Part shown: in pieces, positions 54,983 through 64,000 of the stretch
Numbering within the stretch: the first letter of the stretch is position 1
Layout of the letters: each line of letters opens with the position of its first letter
From: Myxococcota bacterium
GTDB lineage: Bacteria; Myxococcota_A; UBA9160; JAFDDA01
Assembly: GCA_965228475.1 (NCBI GenBank)
Contig: OZ245817.1
Location: 2,176,001 to 2,240,000, forward strand
Reading direction: 5' to 3'
DNA length: 64,000 nucleotides
The notes under the pieces: model-generated
Database searches by the model: none
Told to the model about the DNA's origin: nothing
Seen by the model: the letters and a program-made list of their open reading frames with translations, nothing else
Translations under genes and position numbers: made by a program

Positions 54983-55432
54983 ATGGCCGAGTCCGCCCGG
55001 GAGATCGAGAATCTGATCTACCGCTATGCGCGGCGGATCGACGCGGGCGACCTCGAAGGGCTCGCCGAACTCTTTGCCCACGGTCGCATCCTGGCCTCTC
55101 CCGACGCACCGCCCGAACACGCGGTCGTGGGTCGGGACGCCGTGCTCGCGCTCTATCGCGCCACGGTCCGGATCCACGAAGACGGCACCCCGCGCACCCG
55201 CCACGTCACGAGCAACGTCGCCGTCGAGTTCCCGGAAGGGGAGCTGCCGCGTGCGCGGAGCGTCTACACGGTCTTCCAGCAGCTCGAAGGCTTTCCGCTC
55301 CAGCCGATCGTCACCGGGCGGTACGACGACCGCTTCCACGAGGTCGACGGCCGCTGGTGGTTCGAGAGCCGGACCATGTTCGTGGACATGAAGGGCGACC
55401 TGAGCCGGCACCTGAAGATCGATCTCGGGTAG
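54983..55432 (+). CDS. SnoaL-like/NTF2-family protein
   Basis: IENLIYRYARRIDAGD, RH..SN, GRYDDRF....GRWWF..R. Confidence 0.85.
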   Translation: MAESAREIENLIYRYARRIDAGDLEGLAELFAHGRILASPDAPPEHAVVGRDAVLALYRATVRIHEDGTPRTRHVTSNVAVEFPEGELPRARSVYTVFQQLEGFPLQPIVTGRYDDRFHEVDGRWWFESRTMFVDMKGDLSRHLKIDLG

Positions 55433-55507
55433 GCCGCCGGTGCTCCCGGTGAAGAATCCCGGAGGCCGGCCCGTCCGAGCTGGACCGAACGAACGGAGGA
55501 ACCCCCG

Positions 55508-57184
55508 ATGACCGCCCGCTCTCGATCTCCCCGGAAGCCCCTCGGCGCCCTGCCGCGCGGCCTCGCGGCCCTGGCGCTGGCCCTCCCGCTCGGGGCGGGC
55601 GCTGAGTTGCCCAAGGCCGGAGCGGCCCGTCAGAGCGGGTCCGGCGCGTCCTCGGCTCCCCATTCGGCTCCGTCGGGCTCGGGTGGCGTCGAGGCGGCCG
55701 AGGCCAGCGCGGTGCAGATCTCGGGCCGCCCGAAGGTGGAGCTCCAGCACGGAAGCGGCGACTTCGTCTCCTTCCAGGACAGCGTGAGCTACGACGGAAC
55801 GGCGGACCTGCGCTTCCGCTGGAAGCTCGGGCATCCCGGAACGGTGAGCGCGCGCTGGGAGACGAAGTCCTGGCCGACCGGCGCACCGGGTGGCGCGCGG
55901 CCGACGCCCTCGGGTTCGCTCTCGCACGTACCCGCCTTCGGGAGCTGGGCCCCCGTGACGATCGACCTCTTCGAACGGCGCAGCAGTGCGGGCCCGGTCG
56001 GTCCGACGCGCTTCGAACTCACCGTCGTGGGCCTCGACGCGTCGGGCAACCCGATCGGGCAGCCGTCGCTTCCGGTCGTGGTGAACTACGCACCGCCCGG
56101 TTCCGGCCCGACCCAGACGATCCACGTCGACACCGTCGAGCTGCTCGACTGGACGCCGAAGAGCGGCGTCATGAACGGTCCGAACGATGGCAACCGCGCC
56201 CAGTACGGCCCCGATCAGAAGGTCGACCTGACGTTCCTGATCGGTCTCCAGAGCGAGAGCAGCGCACGGCTGTCGAACAACCTGATCGGCGCGGATGGAA
56301 AGGCGCTCGACGGCAACTTCTACACCTTCGTCGACCTCCATTCGAAGGGGAGCCACACGAAGACGAACTTCGTGACGATCCGCTGCGACGAAGGTCTCGG
56401 GAATCCGTACTACGAACAGGTCGCCACGGGGCTGCGCTGGAAGATGTGGCGCAAGAGCGACGGCGGCGTGCTCGCGGAGGGCGCCAAGACCTTTTCGACG
56501 CCCCTCGTCTGGCGCTGCCCGGGCAAGGACCAGCTGACGCTCGCCAGCCAGAGCCCGATGAGCGGGACGATCCGCGGTATCGGGTCCCCGACAGACGCCA
56601 CGAAGCCGGGCTTCTCCGTCGTGCTCGGGTACCAGTACCGCTTGAATTCGCAGCCCAAGGCGGTGATCAAGCAGATCCCGCTGCTGGCGAACTATCAGCC
56701 CGTCCCGAACGAATACTGGACCGACACCAAGGTGAACAACGGCGCGGGGAACGCGACCAACCGGCTCTCGGTCTACTGCCAATCGCAGCTTCAGCCGGAC
56801 GTCGAGGTGAAGCACCTCCGCTACACGCTCGCGAAGGAGGGGAGCGGCGAGGCGATCCTGCAGGAGGTCGTGCCGGTCGATTGGACCTTCTCCTGCAAGC
56901 CGCCGGTGCTCGTCCCCGCCGGCGTCCAGCAGGTCCCGGGCCTCCGGCGGATCGGGCCTTCCGGCGCCGCGAGCCAGGGGCGCGAGGCCATGGGCCGCGC
57001 GAGCGATGCGATGCAGAAGGTCGCCCCGAACCCCGCGGCGAGCGGCAACCCGGCCGCCGAGCGCATGCAGAAGGTCGTCCCGCGCGGCCTCGGGACGGCC
57101 CCGGCGCTGCCGTCGGCCGGCGATGTCCAGGATGCGAGGGACCGGATCGACTCGAACGTGCGGAAGAAGGAAACCCTTCGCTAG
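55508..57184 (+). CDS. Secreted hypothetical protein with an internal tandem duplication
   Basis: Signal peptide, GGAGG RBS, beta-rich domains, two related Cys-pair modules. Confidence 0.7.
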   Translation: MTARSRSPRKPLGALPRGLAALALALPLGAGAELPKAGAARQSGSGASSAPHSAPSGSGGVEAAEASAVQISGRPKVELQHGSGDFVSFQDSVSYDGTADLRFRWKLGHPGTVSARWETKSWPTGAPGGARPTPSGSLSHVPAFGSWAPVTIDLFERRSSAGPVGPTRFELTVVGLDASGNPIGQPSLPVVVNYAPPGSGPTQTIHVDTVELLDWTPKSGVMNGPNDGNRAQYGPDQKVDLTFLIGLQSESSARLSNNLIGADGKALDGNFYTFVDLHSKGSHTKTNFVTIRCDEGLGNPYYEQVATGLRWKMWRKSDGGVLAEGAKTFSTPLVWRCPGKDQLTLASQSPMSGTIRGIGSPTDATKPGFSVVLGYQYRLNSQPKAVIKQIPLLANYQPVPNEYWTDTKVNNGAGNATNRLSVYCQSQLQPDVEVKHLRYTLAKEGSGEAILQEVVPVDWTFSCKPPVLVPAGVQQVPGLRRIGPSGAASQGREAMGRASDAMQKVAPNPAASGNPAAERMQKVVPRGLGTAPALPSAGDVQDARDRIDSNVRKKETLR

Positions 57185-57190
57185 CTCGCG

Positions 57191-58687
57191 CTACTCGAGG
57201 TAGCCGAGGGCCTCGAGGCGATCCTGCAGCTCGGCGTCGACCGGGACGGGCGCCGGGCGCGGGACGCGCGGCGCGTCCTCGGCCGCCTCCGCCGCCGCGC
57301 GAAGTCGCTCGAAGACGGGCGCGAGCGCGGGGTCGAGCGCGCCGTCGGCATGGAGGTCGCGGACCTCGCCGGGATCCTCGCGCAGGTCGAACAGGGCGTA
57401 GAGCGGTCCGTCGCGTCGTTCGGCGGCCGCGGGTGCGGCGTCGCGCCGCTCGGCGACGTCGGAACCGTCGGGCTGGTAGAGCAGCTTGAAGCGCCCGTCG
57501 CGCGCGGCGCGGTTGGCGGTCCGCTCCATCATGCCCCCGGAGACGAGGATGCGCTCGGTTGCAGGGCCCTCGGCGGCCAGGCTGCGGCCCGGGAGGTCTT
57601 CCGGGCAGGAGAGTCCGGAGAGCTCGCAGAGGGTCGGCATGAGGTCGTGCAAGCCGACCGGGCAGGCGGGGACCGCAGCCGGGACGCCCGGGCCCGCCAC
57701 GGCCAGGGGGATCGCGAGCTCCTCTTCGTAGAGCCCGTTGCCGTGGTTCCCGTAGCCGCGCTCGTAGAGCGCTTCGCCGTGGTCCGAGGTCACGATCACC
57801 AGCGTGTCTTCGCCGGCGGTCGTGCGGGAGAGCCCGTCGAGGAGGTGGCCGAGGGCGCTGTCGAACTGCTCGACGCCGCGGTCGTAGGCGTGCTCGAGCA
57901 GGGCGCGGGTCGGCCGGATGCCGGCGCGGTGCCACTGTTGGACGCCCTCGACCTCGACCAGGGCCTGGATCGTCACCGCGTTGGCCGCCGCGAGGGGCCG
58001 CGCGTCGGCGTTCAGGCGAGGCAGCTCCTCGCGGAGTTCCCGCGCGTCGAGAGCGGGGTAGGGCCGGTGCGGGTCGAGGTAGTGCACGTAGAGGAAGAAC
58101 GGCCGGTCGTCCGAGCGTTCGGACAGCCAGCGGGACGCCGCGGCGCTCACGAGCGCCCCGGGCGCGTCCCAGCGCGCGAAGCCGGCCTCGTACACCTCGA
58201 AGCCCTGGGCGAAACCGAAGCGCGCCTCGAGCCAGGGGTTTGCGACGAAGGCCGCGGTCGCGTAGCCCGCCGCGCGGTACTGCTCGGCGAGGGTGTCGAA
58301 TGCCTCCGGCAGGACGTCGGCGGCGGCGAGCTTGCGCCGGGTGGCCTCACCGGCCCGGTCGTGCCCGGCCGGGTGGAGCAGGACGCCGTGCTCCCAGGGC
58401 TGCCGGCCCGTGAAGAGCGTCGCGATCGAGGGCTTGGTCCAGGGAGCGGGTGCGGAAGCGACCTCGTAGCGCAGGCCCGAAGCGGCAAAGCGGTCGAGGT
58501 TGGGCGTCGCCGCCGGGCCGCCGTAAGCGCCGATCCGATCCTTCCGCAGGGTGTCGCCGACGACCAGCACGACGTTCCGTGCGGAGCTCGTGAGACCCGG
58601 ACAGTCACCGGGGCCGGTTGCCTCGTTCGAACAGGCGAGGCACAGGAGGAGGGCCAGGGGTGCGTAGCGGACGTGGGGGCGCAGCAT
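57191..58687 (-). CDS. Sulfatase-like lipoprotein (alkaline phosphatase superfamily)
   Basis: Lipobox CLAC, NVVLVVGDTLR.D, WTKPS..TLFTG, FFLYVHYLDPH, TSDHGE, LFDL..DPGE, LEALGY. Confidence 0.88.
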   Translation of the reverse strand: MLRPHVRYAPLALLLCLACSNEATGPGDCPGLTSSARNVVLVVGDTLRKDRIGAYGGPAATPNLDRFAASGLRYEVASAPAPWTKPSIATLFTGRQPWEHGVLLHPAGHDRAGEATRRKLAAADVLPEAFDTLAEQYRAAGYATAAFVANPWLEARFGFAQGFEVYEAGFARWDAPGALVSAAASRWLSERSDDRPFFLYVHYLDPHRPYPALDARELREELPRLNADARPLAAANAVTIQALVEVEGVQQWHRAGIRPTRALLEHAYDRGVEQFDSALGHLLDGLSRTTAGEDTLVIVTSDHGEALYERGYGNHGNGLYEEELAIPLAVAGPGVPAAVPACPVGLHDLMPTLCELSGLSCPEDLPGRSLAAEGPATERILVSGGMMERTANRAARDGRFKLLYQPDGSDVAERRDAAPAAAERRDGPLYALFDLREDPGEVRDLHADGALDPALAPVFERLRAAAEAAEDAPRVPRPAPVPVDAELQDRLEALGYLE

Positions 58688-58737
58688 GGACGCAGCGTAC
58701 CTGTGCCCGACCCGGGGGTCGAAGGTTTCGAGCGGTC

Positions 58738-60240
58738 TCAGGCGACGGGGACGAAGCGCTCCTTCGCCATCGCGCGCAGTCGCTCGATGTCTTCCGCGCG
58801 GCTGCGCGAGAGCGGAACCGTCCCCTCGAGCTCGTTCTCGAGGTGGGCCGCCGAGAGCGGCGACCCGCCGTGGAGCGAGCCGTAGAGCGCGGCGACGACG
58901 GCCTGCTCGATCTCGGCGCCGCTCATGCCTTCGCTGCGCGCGACCAGGGCCGCGAGGTCGAAGCGGGCCGGATCCTGGTTGCGCAGGCGGAGGTGGATCT
59001 CGAAGATCGTCCTGCGCTCCTCGGGCCGGGGGAGGTCGACGAAGAAGATCTCGTCGAAGCGTCCCTTGCGCATCAGCTCGGGAGGGAGCGAGAAGACGTC
59101 GTTCGCCGTGGCGACGACGAAGACGGACGAAGCCTTCTCCTGGAGCCAGGTCAGCAGATGTCCCTGCACGCGGCGGGAGAGCCCGCCGTCCGCCTCGGCG
59201 TCGCCCGAGGTCCCGAAGGCCTTCTCGATCTCGTCGATCCAGAGCACCGCCGGGGCCATGGACTCGGCCAGGGCGAGCGCGCGCCGCAGGTTCCGGTCCG
59301 TCTCGCCGACGTACTTGTCGTAGAGGCGCCCCGCGTCGAGCTTGAGCAGGGGCTGGCCCCAGCGCCGGGCGATGACCTTCGCGGCGAGCGACTTCCCGCA
59401 GCCCTGCACGCCGACCATCAGCACCCCGCGAGGCGGGTCGAGGTTCATGGCTGCGGCCTCGGGCGTGAACCCGTGCTGCGCGCGCTCGAGCCAGGCCTCG
59501 AGGCGTGAGAAGCCGCCCAGCTCGAAGCGGTTGTCGGCGGGGGGCCAGTACTGCAGGAGGCCGTCGTCCTGGAGCAGGCGGGCCTTGCGGTCCGTCACCC
59601 GCGCGACGTCTTCGGGGGTGAGGGCGCCGTCCTCGATCGCGACGTAGGCGATGGCCTGGCGGGCCTGGTTCTGGGTGAGGCCGCGCAGCGCCCCGATGAG
59701 ATCCCCGCGCGACGCGTCGTCGAGCTCGACCCGCAGCCGATGCGAGTCGCGCAGGGCGGCGACCATCGAGTCGAGGATCAGCCCGAGTTCGTCCTCCGAG
59801 GGGAGCGAGAGTTCGAGCGAGGTGGCGAGCGGGCGGAGTTCGCTCGGGAGGCGGATGCCGTCGCCGGTGAGGACGATCGTCGAGCGCGTCTCGAGGAACT
59901 GCTGGCAGGCTTCGCGCAGGAGGCGCGCGTTCACCGGGTCCTCGAGGTGCGGGCCGAAATCCTTCACGAGGTAGACGCCCGTCCGGTCGAGCGCGCCGAT
60001 GTGGCGCAGCATCCCGGCGGGTTCGCTGGTCGTGCCGATGGCGTGGCCGCCGGTCTGACGATCGGCGCCGAAGCGCAGGCCGGTCGCGATCGACCATTCG
60101 TAGAAAGAGAGGCCGAGCCGCCGCGTCGCCGCTTCCACCAGCGCCCGCGCGCGCCGCTCCTCGACCGTCTCGATCACGACCAGCGGATGCTGGGATTCGA
60201 TCAGGGTCGAGAGTTCGTGCAGGACGCTCGCGAAGGCCAC
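58738..60240 (-). CDS. AAA ATPase (Ycf46-like, degenerate N-terminal AAA module)
   Basis: GVQGCGKSL, WIDEIEK, ATAN, PELMRKGRFDEIFFVDLP, SGAEIE. Confidence 0.88.
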   Translation of the reverse strand: MAFASVLHELSTLIESQHPLVVIETVEERRARALVEAATRRLGLSFYEWSIATGLRFGADRQTGGHAIGTTSEPAGMLRHIGALDRTGVYLVKDFGPHLEDPVNARLLREACQQFLETRSTIVLTGDGIRLPSELRPLATSLELSLPSEDELGLILDSMVAALRDSHRLRVELDDASRGDLIGALRGLTQNQARQAIAYVAIEDGALTPEDVARVTDRKARLLQDDGLLQYWPPADNRFELGGFSRLEAWLERAQHGFTPEAAAMNLDPPRGVLMVGVQGCGKSLAAKVIARRWGQPLLKLDAGRLYDKYVGETDRNLRRALALAESMAPAVLWIDEIEKAFGTSGDAEADGGLSRRVQGHLLTWLQEKASSVFVVATANDVFSLPPELMRKGRFDEIFFVDLPRPEERRTIFEIHLRLRNQDPARFDLAALVARSEGMSGAEIEQAVVAALYGSLHGGSPLSAAHLENELEGTVPLSRSRAEDIERLRAMAKERFVPVA

Positions 60241-60293
60241 GCTGCGATGATAAGGAACGCGCCCGCGCGCGCCCGGGGCGCGAGCCAGGAGCC

Positions 60294-61061
60294 CTACTGC
60301 CTTCGATACTTCCCGGGTCGGCGCTCGAAGAAGGCCCGGAGGGCCTCCTTGTGGTCCGAGGTCTTCGCCAGCGCGACGGCTTCGCGGCCCTGGAGGAGGA
60401 ACGCTTCCTCGCGGGTCAGGTCCGGGGCTTCCCGGATGCAGCGTTTGGTCGCCTCCACCGAGAGCGGGGCCCGGCTCGCGATGCGCTCGGCCAGGCGGAC
60501 GGCCTCGGGGATCAGCCGGTCGGGCTCGTGGACGTCGGTGAGGAGCCCGAAGCGCAGGGCGCGCTGGGCGTCGCAGGCGAGGCCCGTCAGGAGCATCGAC
60601 GCAGCGGGCCCGGAACCGATCAGCCGGGTCAGGCTGTGGAAGCTCGCGATCAGGCCGACGTTTACGCCGCTCGCCGTGAAGCGGGCGGCGGTCGAGCCGA
60701 TCCGGAGGTCGCACATCAGCGCCAGCTCGAGGCCGCCGCCGAGGCATCCGCCGTTGATCGCGGCGAGGACGGGGACGCGCAGCGTCTGGATGCCCGCGAG
60801 GATCCGCCCGAACTCACCGAAGAAGCTCCCCGCGTCCTTCTCTTCGAGTTCCTCTTCTTCGCGCAGGTCGGCCCCCGCGCAGAAGGTCTTCCCTGTGCCG
60901 GTCAGGATCAGACACCGGGCGGTGTCGTCCGCTTCGATCTCCGCGATGAGGTCGAGCAGCGCGCGCCGGGCCGAACGGCCGAGGGCGTTCACCGGCGGAT
61001 GGTCGAGGGTCGCGAGGCGCACGCCTTCCGCGGGGGTTTCGATGCGAACGGCTTCACTCAC
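60294..61061 (-). CDS. Enoyl-CoA hydratase/isomerase family protein
   Basis: PVNAL, FCAGADL, AAING.CLGGGLELAL.CDLR. Confidence 0.9.
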   Translation of the reverse strand: MSEAVRIETPAEGVRLATLDHPPVNALGRSARRALLDLIAEIEADDTARCLILTGTGKTFCAGADLREEEELEEKDAGSFFGEFGRILAGIQTLRVPVLAAINGGCLGGGLELALMCDLRIGSTAARFTASGVNVGLIASFHSLTRLIGSGPAASMLLTGLACDAQRALRFGLLTDVHEPDRLIPEAVRLAERIASRAPLSVEATKRCIREAPDLTREEAFLLQGREAVALAKTSDHKEALRAFFERRPGKYRRQ

Positions 61062-62292
61062 CGGCGGCGGGCTCCGGCTGCTCGACGACGCCGGCCGCCA
61101 GCAGGGTTCGGGCTTCTTCGGGGTCGTAACCGGCTTCGACGAGGATCTCGAGCGAGTGCTCCCCTTGCCGGGGCGGCCGGGGAACGCCGCGCCACGGGGT
61201 CTCCGAGAGTTTGACCGCCGGCCCGATCACGCGGTGGGCTTTCTCGTCCCCGTCGGCCTGCGTCTCGGCGAGCATTCCGCGGGCCAGCGTCTGCGGATCC
61301 GCCCAGACGCCGGCCATGTCGTTGACCGGGCCGCAGGGGACGCCGGCGGCATCGAGCCGCTCGACCCAGGTCGCGGAGGTTTCGGCGCGGAAGACTTCCG
61401 CGAGCTCGGCCTCGAGCGCTTCGCGCTGACCGAGGCGAACGAAGGGATCGGCGAAGCGGGGGTCTTCCAGCAGATCCGGCCGCGCGAGGGCGGCGCAAAG
61501 GCGCTCGTAGATGCCCTGGGTCCCCGCGGCGACGGCGACCCAGCCATCGGCGGTCGGAAAGGTGCCGTAGGGCGCGGCGAGGCGATGCTTCGCGCCGTTC
61601 GGCTGCGGCACGTTGCCGGTGTCGAGGTACATCGCGGACTCCCAGATCGTGAGGCTCAGCGCCGCTTCGAAGAGGGAGGTCTCGACGCGTTGCCCGCGCC
61701 CGGTCCGCGTGCGTTCGATCCAGGCCGAGAGGATGCCGAGCGCGGCGAGTGTTCCGGCCGTGAGGTCGGCGACGGGGACGCCGGCTGCGACGGGCGGGCG
61801 GCCGGGCTCGCCCGTCAGGCTGATGATGCCCGCCATCGCCTGGGCGATCAGGTCGAAGCCCGCGCGCTCGGCGTAGGGGCCGGTGCTCCCGAAGGCGGTG
61901 ACCGAGGCATAGATCAGCGCCGGATGCTCGGCGGCCAGCTCGTCGTAGCCGAGCCCGCGGCGGGCGAGCGCGCCCGGGCGGAAGTTCTCGACGAGGACGT
62001 CCGAGACGAGGGCGAGCTTGCGCACGGCTTCGGCGCCGCGCGGGTCGCCGAGGTCGATGCACAGGGAGCGCTTGCCGTGGTTCACCGCGTCGAAGGGCCG
62101 GAAGGCACCTCCCGTTCGCTTCTGCCCGCGTCGCAGGTCTTCACCGACCCCCGGCCGCTCGATCTTGACGACGTCCGCGCCCATCTGTGCGAGCAGACAG
62201 CTGCACCATGCGCCCGCCATGACGTGGGTCACGTCGAGGACGCGGACGCCGGCGAGGGGCGCGGGGGCGGAACGCGGGTTCGGTTCGGTCAA
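61054..62292 (-). CDS. Class III CoA-transferase (CaiB/BaiF family)
   Basis: LAGVRVLD, GADVVKIE, NHGKRS, ENFRPG, GFDLIAQA, TGRGQ.VETSL. TTG start approximate. Confidence 0.92.
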   Translation of the reverse strand: MTEPNPRSAPAPLAGVRVLDVTHVMAGAWCSCLLAQMGADVVKIERPGVGEDLRRGQKRTGGAFRPFDAVNHGKRSLCIDLGDPRGAEAVRKLALVSDVLVENFRPGALARRGLGYDELAAEHPALIYASVTAFGSTGPYAERAGFDLIAQAMAGIISLTGEPGRPPVAAGVPVADLTAGTLAALGILSAWIERTRTGRGQRVETSLFEAALSLTIWESAMYLDTGNVPQPNGAKHRLAAPYGTFPTADGWVAVAAGTQGIYERLCAALARPDLLEDPRFADPFVRLGQREALEAELAEVFRAETSATWVERLDAAGVPCGPVNDMAGVWADPQTLARGMLAETQADGDEKAHRVIGPAVKLSETPWRGVPRPPRQGEHSLEILVEAGYDPEEARTLLAAGVVEQPEPAAGE

Positions 62293-62339
62293 GGGCGCTC
62301 GTCTCGTTCGAGGAACGGAGACCTTTCTATCACCTCGCC

Positions 62340-63299
62340 CTAGAGCCCGTCGATGAAGTTCTCGACGAGGGCGGCGGCGACCCAGGCGAGCGGCGGGAGC
62401 ACGACGTAGGCGAGCAGGCGGCTCACGAGCTCGAAGTCGAGGGGCCAGCTCGGCGTCTGGCGCACGCGCTCGAGGTGCGCCGTCAGGGCTTCGAGGCGGC
62501 CGACGTCGCTGCGGTCGGTCGCGTCGACCTGGCTGCGGAGCTCTCCGATCCGTTCCGCCTTTGCCCGCAGGATGTTCTTTCGCGCGCCCCACATCGGGAC
62601 GAGCAGCAGGCACACGAAGACCGGGAGGCCGATCACGATCGTCGGCCAGTAGTTGCCGAGCCGGAACTGTGCGTCGAGGGATTGCAGCGGGGAAAGCGCC
62701 ATGGCTCCGGCGACGGCCAGGGCGTCCGAGCTCGCGATGCGCGCGATCGGCCGCAGGCGGTCGAGGCGGTAGAGGTCGATCGCCGCCCGCTCGCCGAGCC
62801 GGGAGACGGCCCGGCTGACCGGGAGCTTCCAGACGAAGACGACGGCCAGGACCCACCACATGAGCGTGGCCGAGCCGAGAAAGACCAGATCGAACGGGTG
62901 CCAGTGCGGGGCGCCCGCCATCTGGCCGACGAAGATCGGGTTGTTGCCGAGTCCGAGCAGCGGGCCGAGCAGGAAGATCAGGAGCCATCCGCCGGGCGAG
63001 ACCCGGTTCGTGCGGGCGCGGGCCAGGGAGACGTCGTCGGGCCGGGCGATGGGCTCGATTTCATCGAGGGACTCGACGAGGACGGCCCGCTGACGGGCGA
63101 TCAGCCAGAGCCCGTAGGCCGGCAGCAGGACGAACAGCGCGGCCGTCCCGACGAGCTGCCGGGTCGAGAGCTCCGCCCGCACGACGCCGCCTTCGGTGGA
63201 CTGGCCGACGAAGAGATAGACCGCGCCGGTGACGAGCGCATAGAGGAGCGCCGGGAACGCAGGGTGCGTGCGGTCGACGAACCGGAAGTAGGCCTGCAT
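62340..63299 (-). CDS. Polytopic membrane hypothetical protein
   Basis: About seven hydrophobic helices and a C-terminal WPLD motif. Confidence 0.65.
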   Translation of the reverse strand: MQAYFRFVDRTHPAFPALLYALVTGAVYLFVGQSTEGGVVRAELSTRQLVGTAALFVLLPAYGLWLIARQRAVLVESLDEIEPIARPDDVSLARARTNRVSPGGWLLIFLLGPLLGLGNNPIFVGQMAGAPHWHPFDLVFLGSATLMWWVLAVVFVWKLPVSRAVSRLGERAAIDLYRLDRLRPIARIASSDALAVAGAMALSPLQSLDAQFRLGNYWPTIVIGLPVFVCLLLVPMWGARKNILRAKAERIGELRSQVDATDRSDVGRLEALTAHLERVRQTPSWPLDFELVSRLLAYVVLPPLAWVAAALVENFIDGL

Positions 63300-63324
63300 G
63301 CGCGGCCGATCCTAGCAGTCGGGG

Positions 63325-64000
63325 TCAGCTCGCTCCGAAGAAGTTCTGCCAGAAGGCGGCGATGGCGTTCCAGATGGCCGCGAAGATCGAGCGGGCCTCT
63401 TCGACGGCGCCGGGCGGAGCGCTGGCGGTGCGCACGTCCTGACTCTCGTCTTCGACGTCCGTGAAGTCGAGGACGAGGGAGTACTCGCCGTCGGAGACCT
63501 CGTAGCGCGTGTCGAGGAAGTTCGTGGTGACGAAGGGGTTGTCGTAGCGCGGGTAGTCCGCGATCGGCTCCTCGTTGCCGTCCACCACGAGCGGCGCTTC
63601 CCAGCCGAAGCTCACGGTGCCCTGGCTCGGCGATTCGTACACCACCTCGAGCGGGCCGGTGCCGACGTCCGGGAAGGTCACGAGGCTCTCGTCGAAGGCC
63701 GCCTGGAAGGCCTCGAAGCCGCCCGGCCATTCGTCGAGGCTGCCCATCTCCACGATCCAGGTGTTGGTGGCACCGCCCTCGGCCACGAGGTCGAAGTCGA
63801 GCCCGCCGTTCTGGAAGACCTCGGGCTGGTCGCCGCGCCAGTCGACGGGGCGCCGCGAGTAGAGCGCGACGTACCCGTTGCCGCGCTTGCCGAAGGTCCA
63901 GTGGCCGTCGCGCACGACCTCGTCGAAGTGGGCGACGGGGAAGTAGGCGTGGGTCTCGTCCTCGTAGACGAAGTCGAAGGCCGCGATCGGCGGGTACTGC
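63325..64000 (-). CDS. C-terminal part of a hypothetical protein (runs off the window)
   Basis: Open frame from the window edge (ETHAYFP..FDEV...W.FG....YVALYS); beta-rich, loosely reminiscent of heparinase II/III-like C-terminal regions. Confidence 0.6.
   Translation of the reverse strand, partial: QYPPIAAFDFVYEDETHAYFPVAHFDEVVRDGHWTFGKRGNGYVALYSRRPVDWRGDQPEVFQNGGLDFDLVAEGGATNTWIVEMGSLDEWPGGFEAFQAAFDESLVTFPDVGTGPLEVVYESPSQGTVSFGWEAPLVVDGNEEPIADYPRYDNPFVTTNFLDTRYEVSDGEYSLVLDFTDVEDESQDVRTASAPPGAVEEARSIFAAIWNAIAAFWQNFFGAS

Noticed and set aside
53798..56815. 1005-aa minus-strand ORF suggesting a large barrel fusion
   Set aside because: The N-terminal two-thirds are antisense to two real plus-strand genes; the barrel has its own RBS, GTG and signal peptide at 54865.

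Overview
High-GC bacterial chromosomal window. Gene content and order point to a Myxococcota/deltaproteobacteria-like organism (inference from synteny). The left part holds cell-envelope and housekeeping genes: murU-amgK-spmAB divergent from a PBP4/DacB carboxypeptidase, rsmD and coaD in one reading frame, a phosphohexomutase, coaBC, nfeD-stomatin-hflK-hflC, lptG-like and ribF. The centre is a ~33 kb type IVa pilus super-locus: pilB-T-C-S-R, a second HAMP kinase, a sigma54-promoter-driven fimU-pilV-W-X-Y1 cluster with two extra secreted proteins, an inverted second NtrC-family regulator, a small XRE gene, pilM-N-O-P-Q, aroK-aroB, an acidic TPR protein, an MglC-like roadblock, aroQ, a lipoate ligase, an SgmX-like TPR protein and an ExeA-like ATPase. 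No pilA or pilD is present. Directly downstream is the best candidate for an undescribed system: a signal-peptide-bearing collagen-like protein with five Gly-X-Y segments and ten copies of a ~40 aa tail-fibre-like motif, followed by a secreted DUF4384-like partner. The right end has a BBP7-like barrel, a SnoaL-like protein, a secreted protein with an internal duplication, a sulfatase-like lipoprotein, an AAA ATPase, a crotonase, a CoA-transferase and hypotheticals. No rRNA, tRNA, CRISPR array or mobile element was recognised. All calls come from reading motifs by eye; no database search was run.
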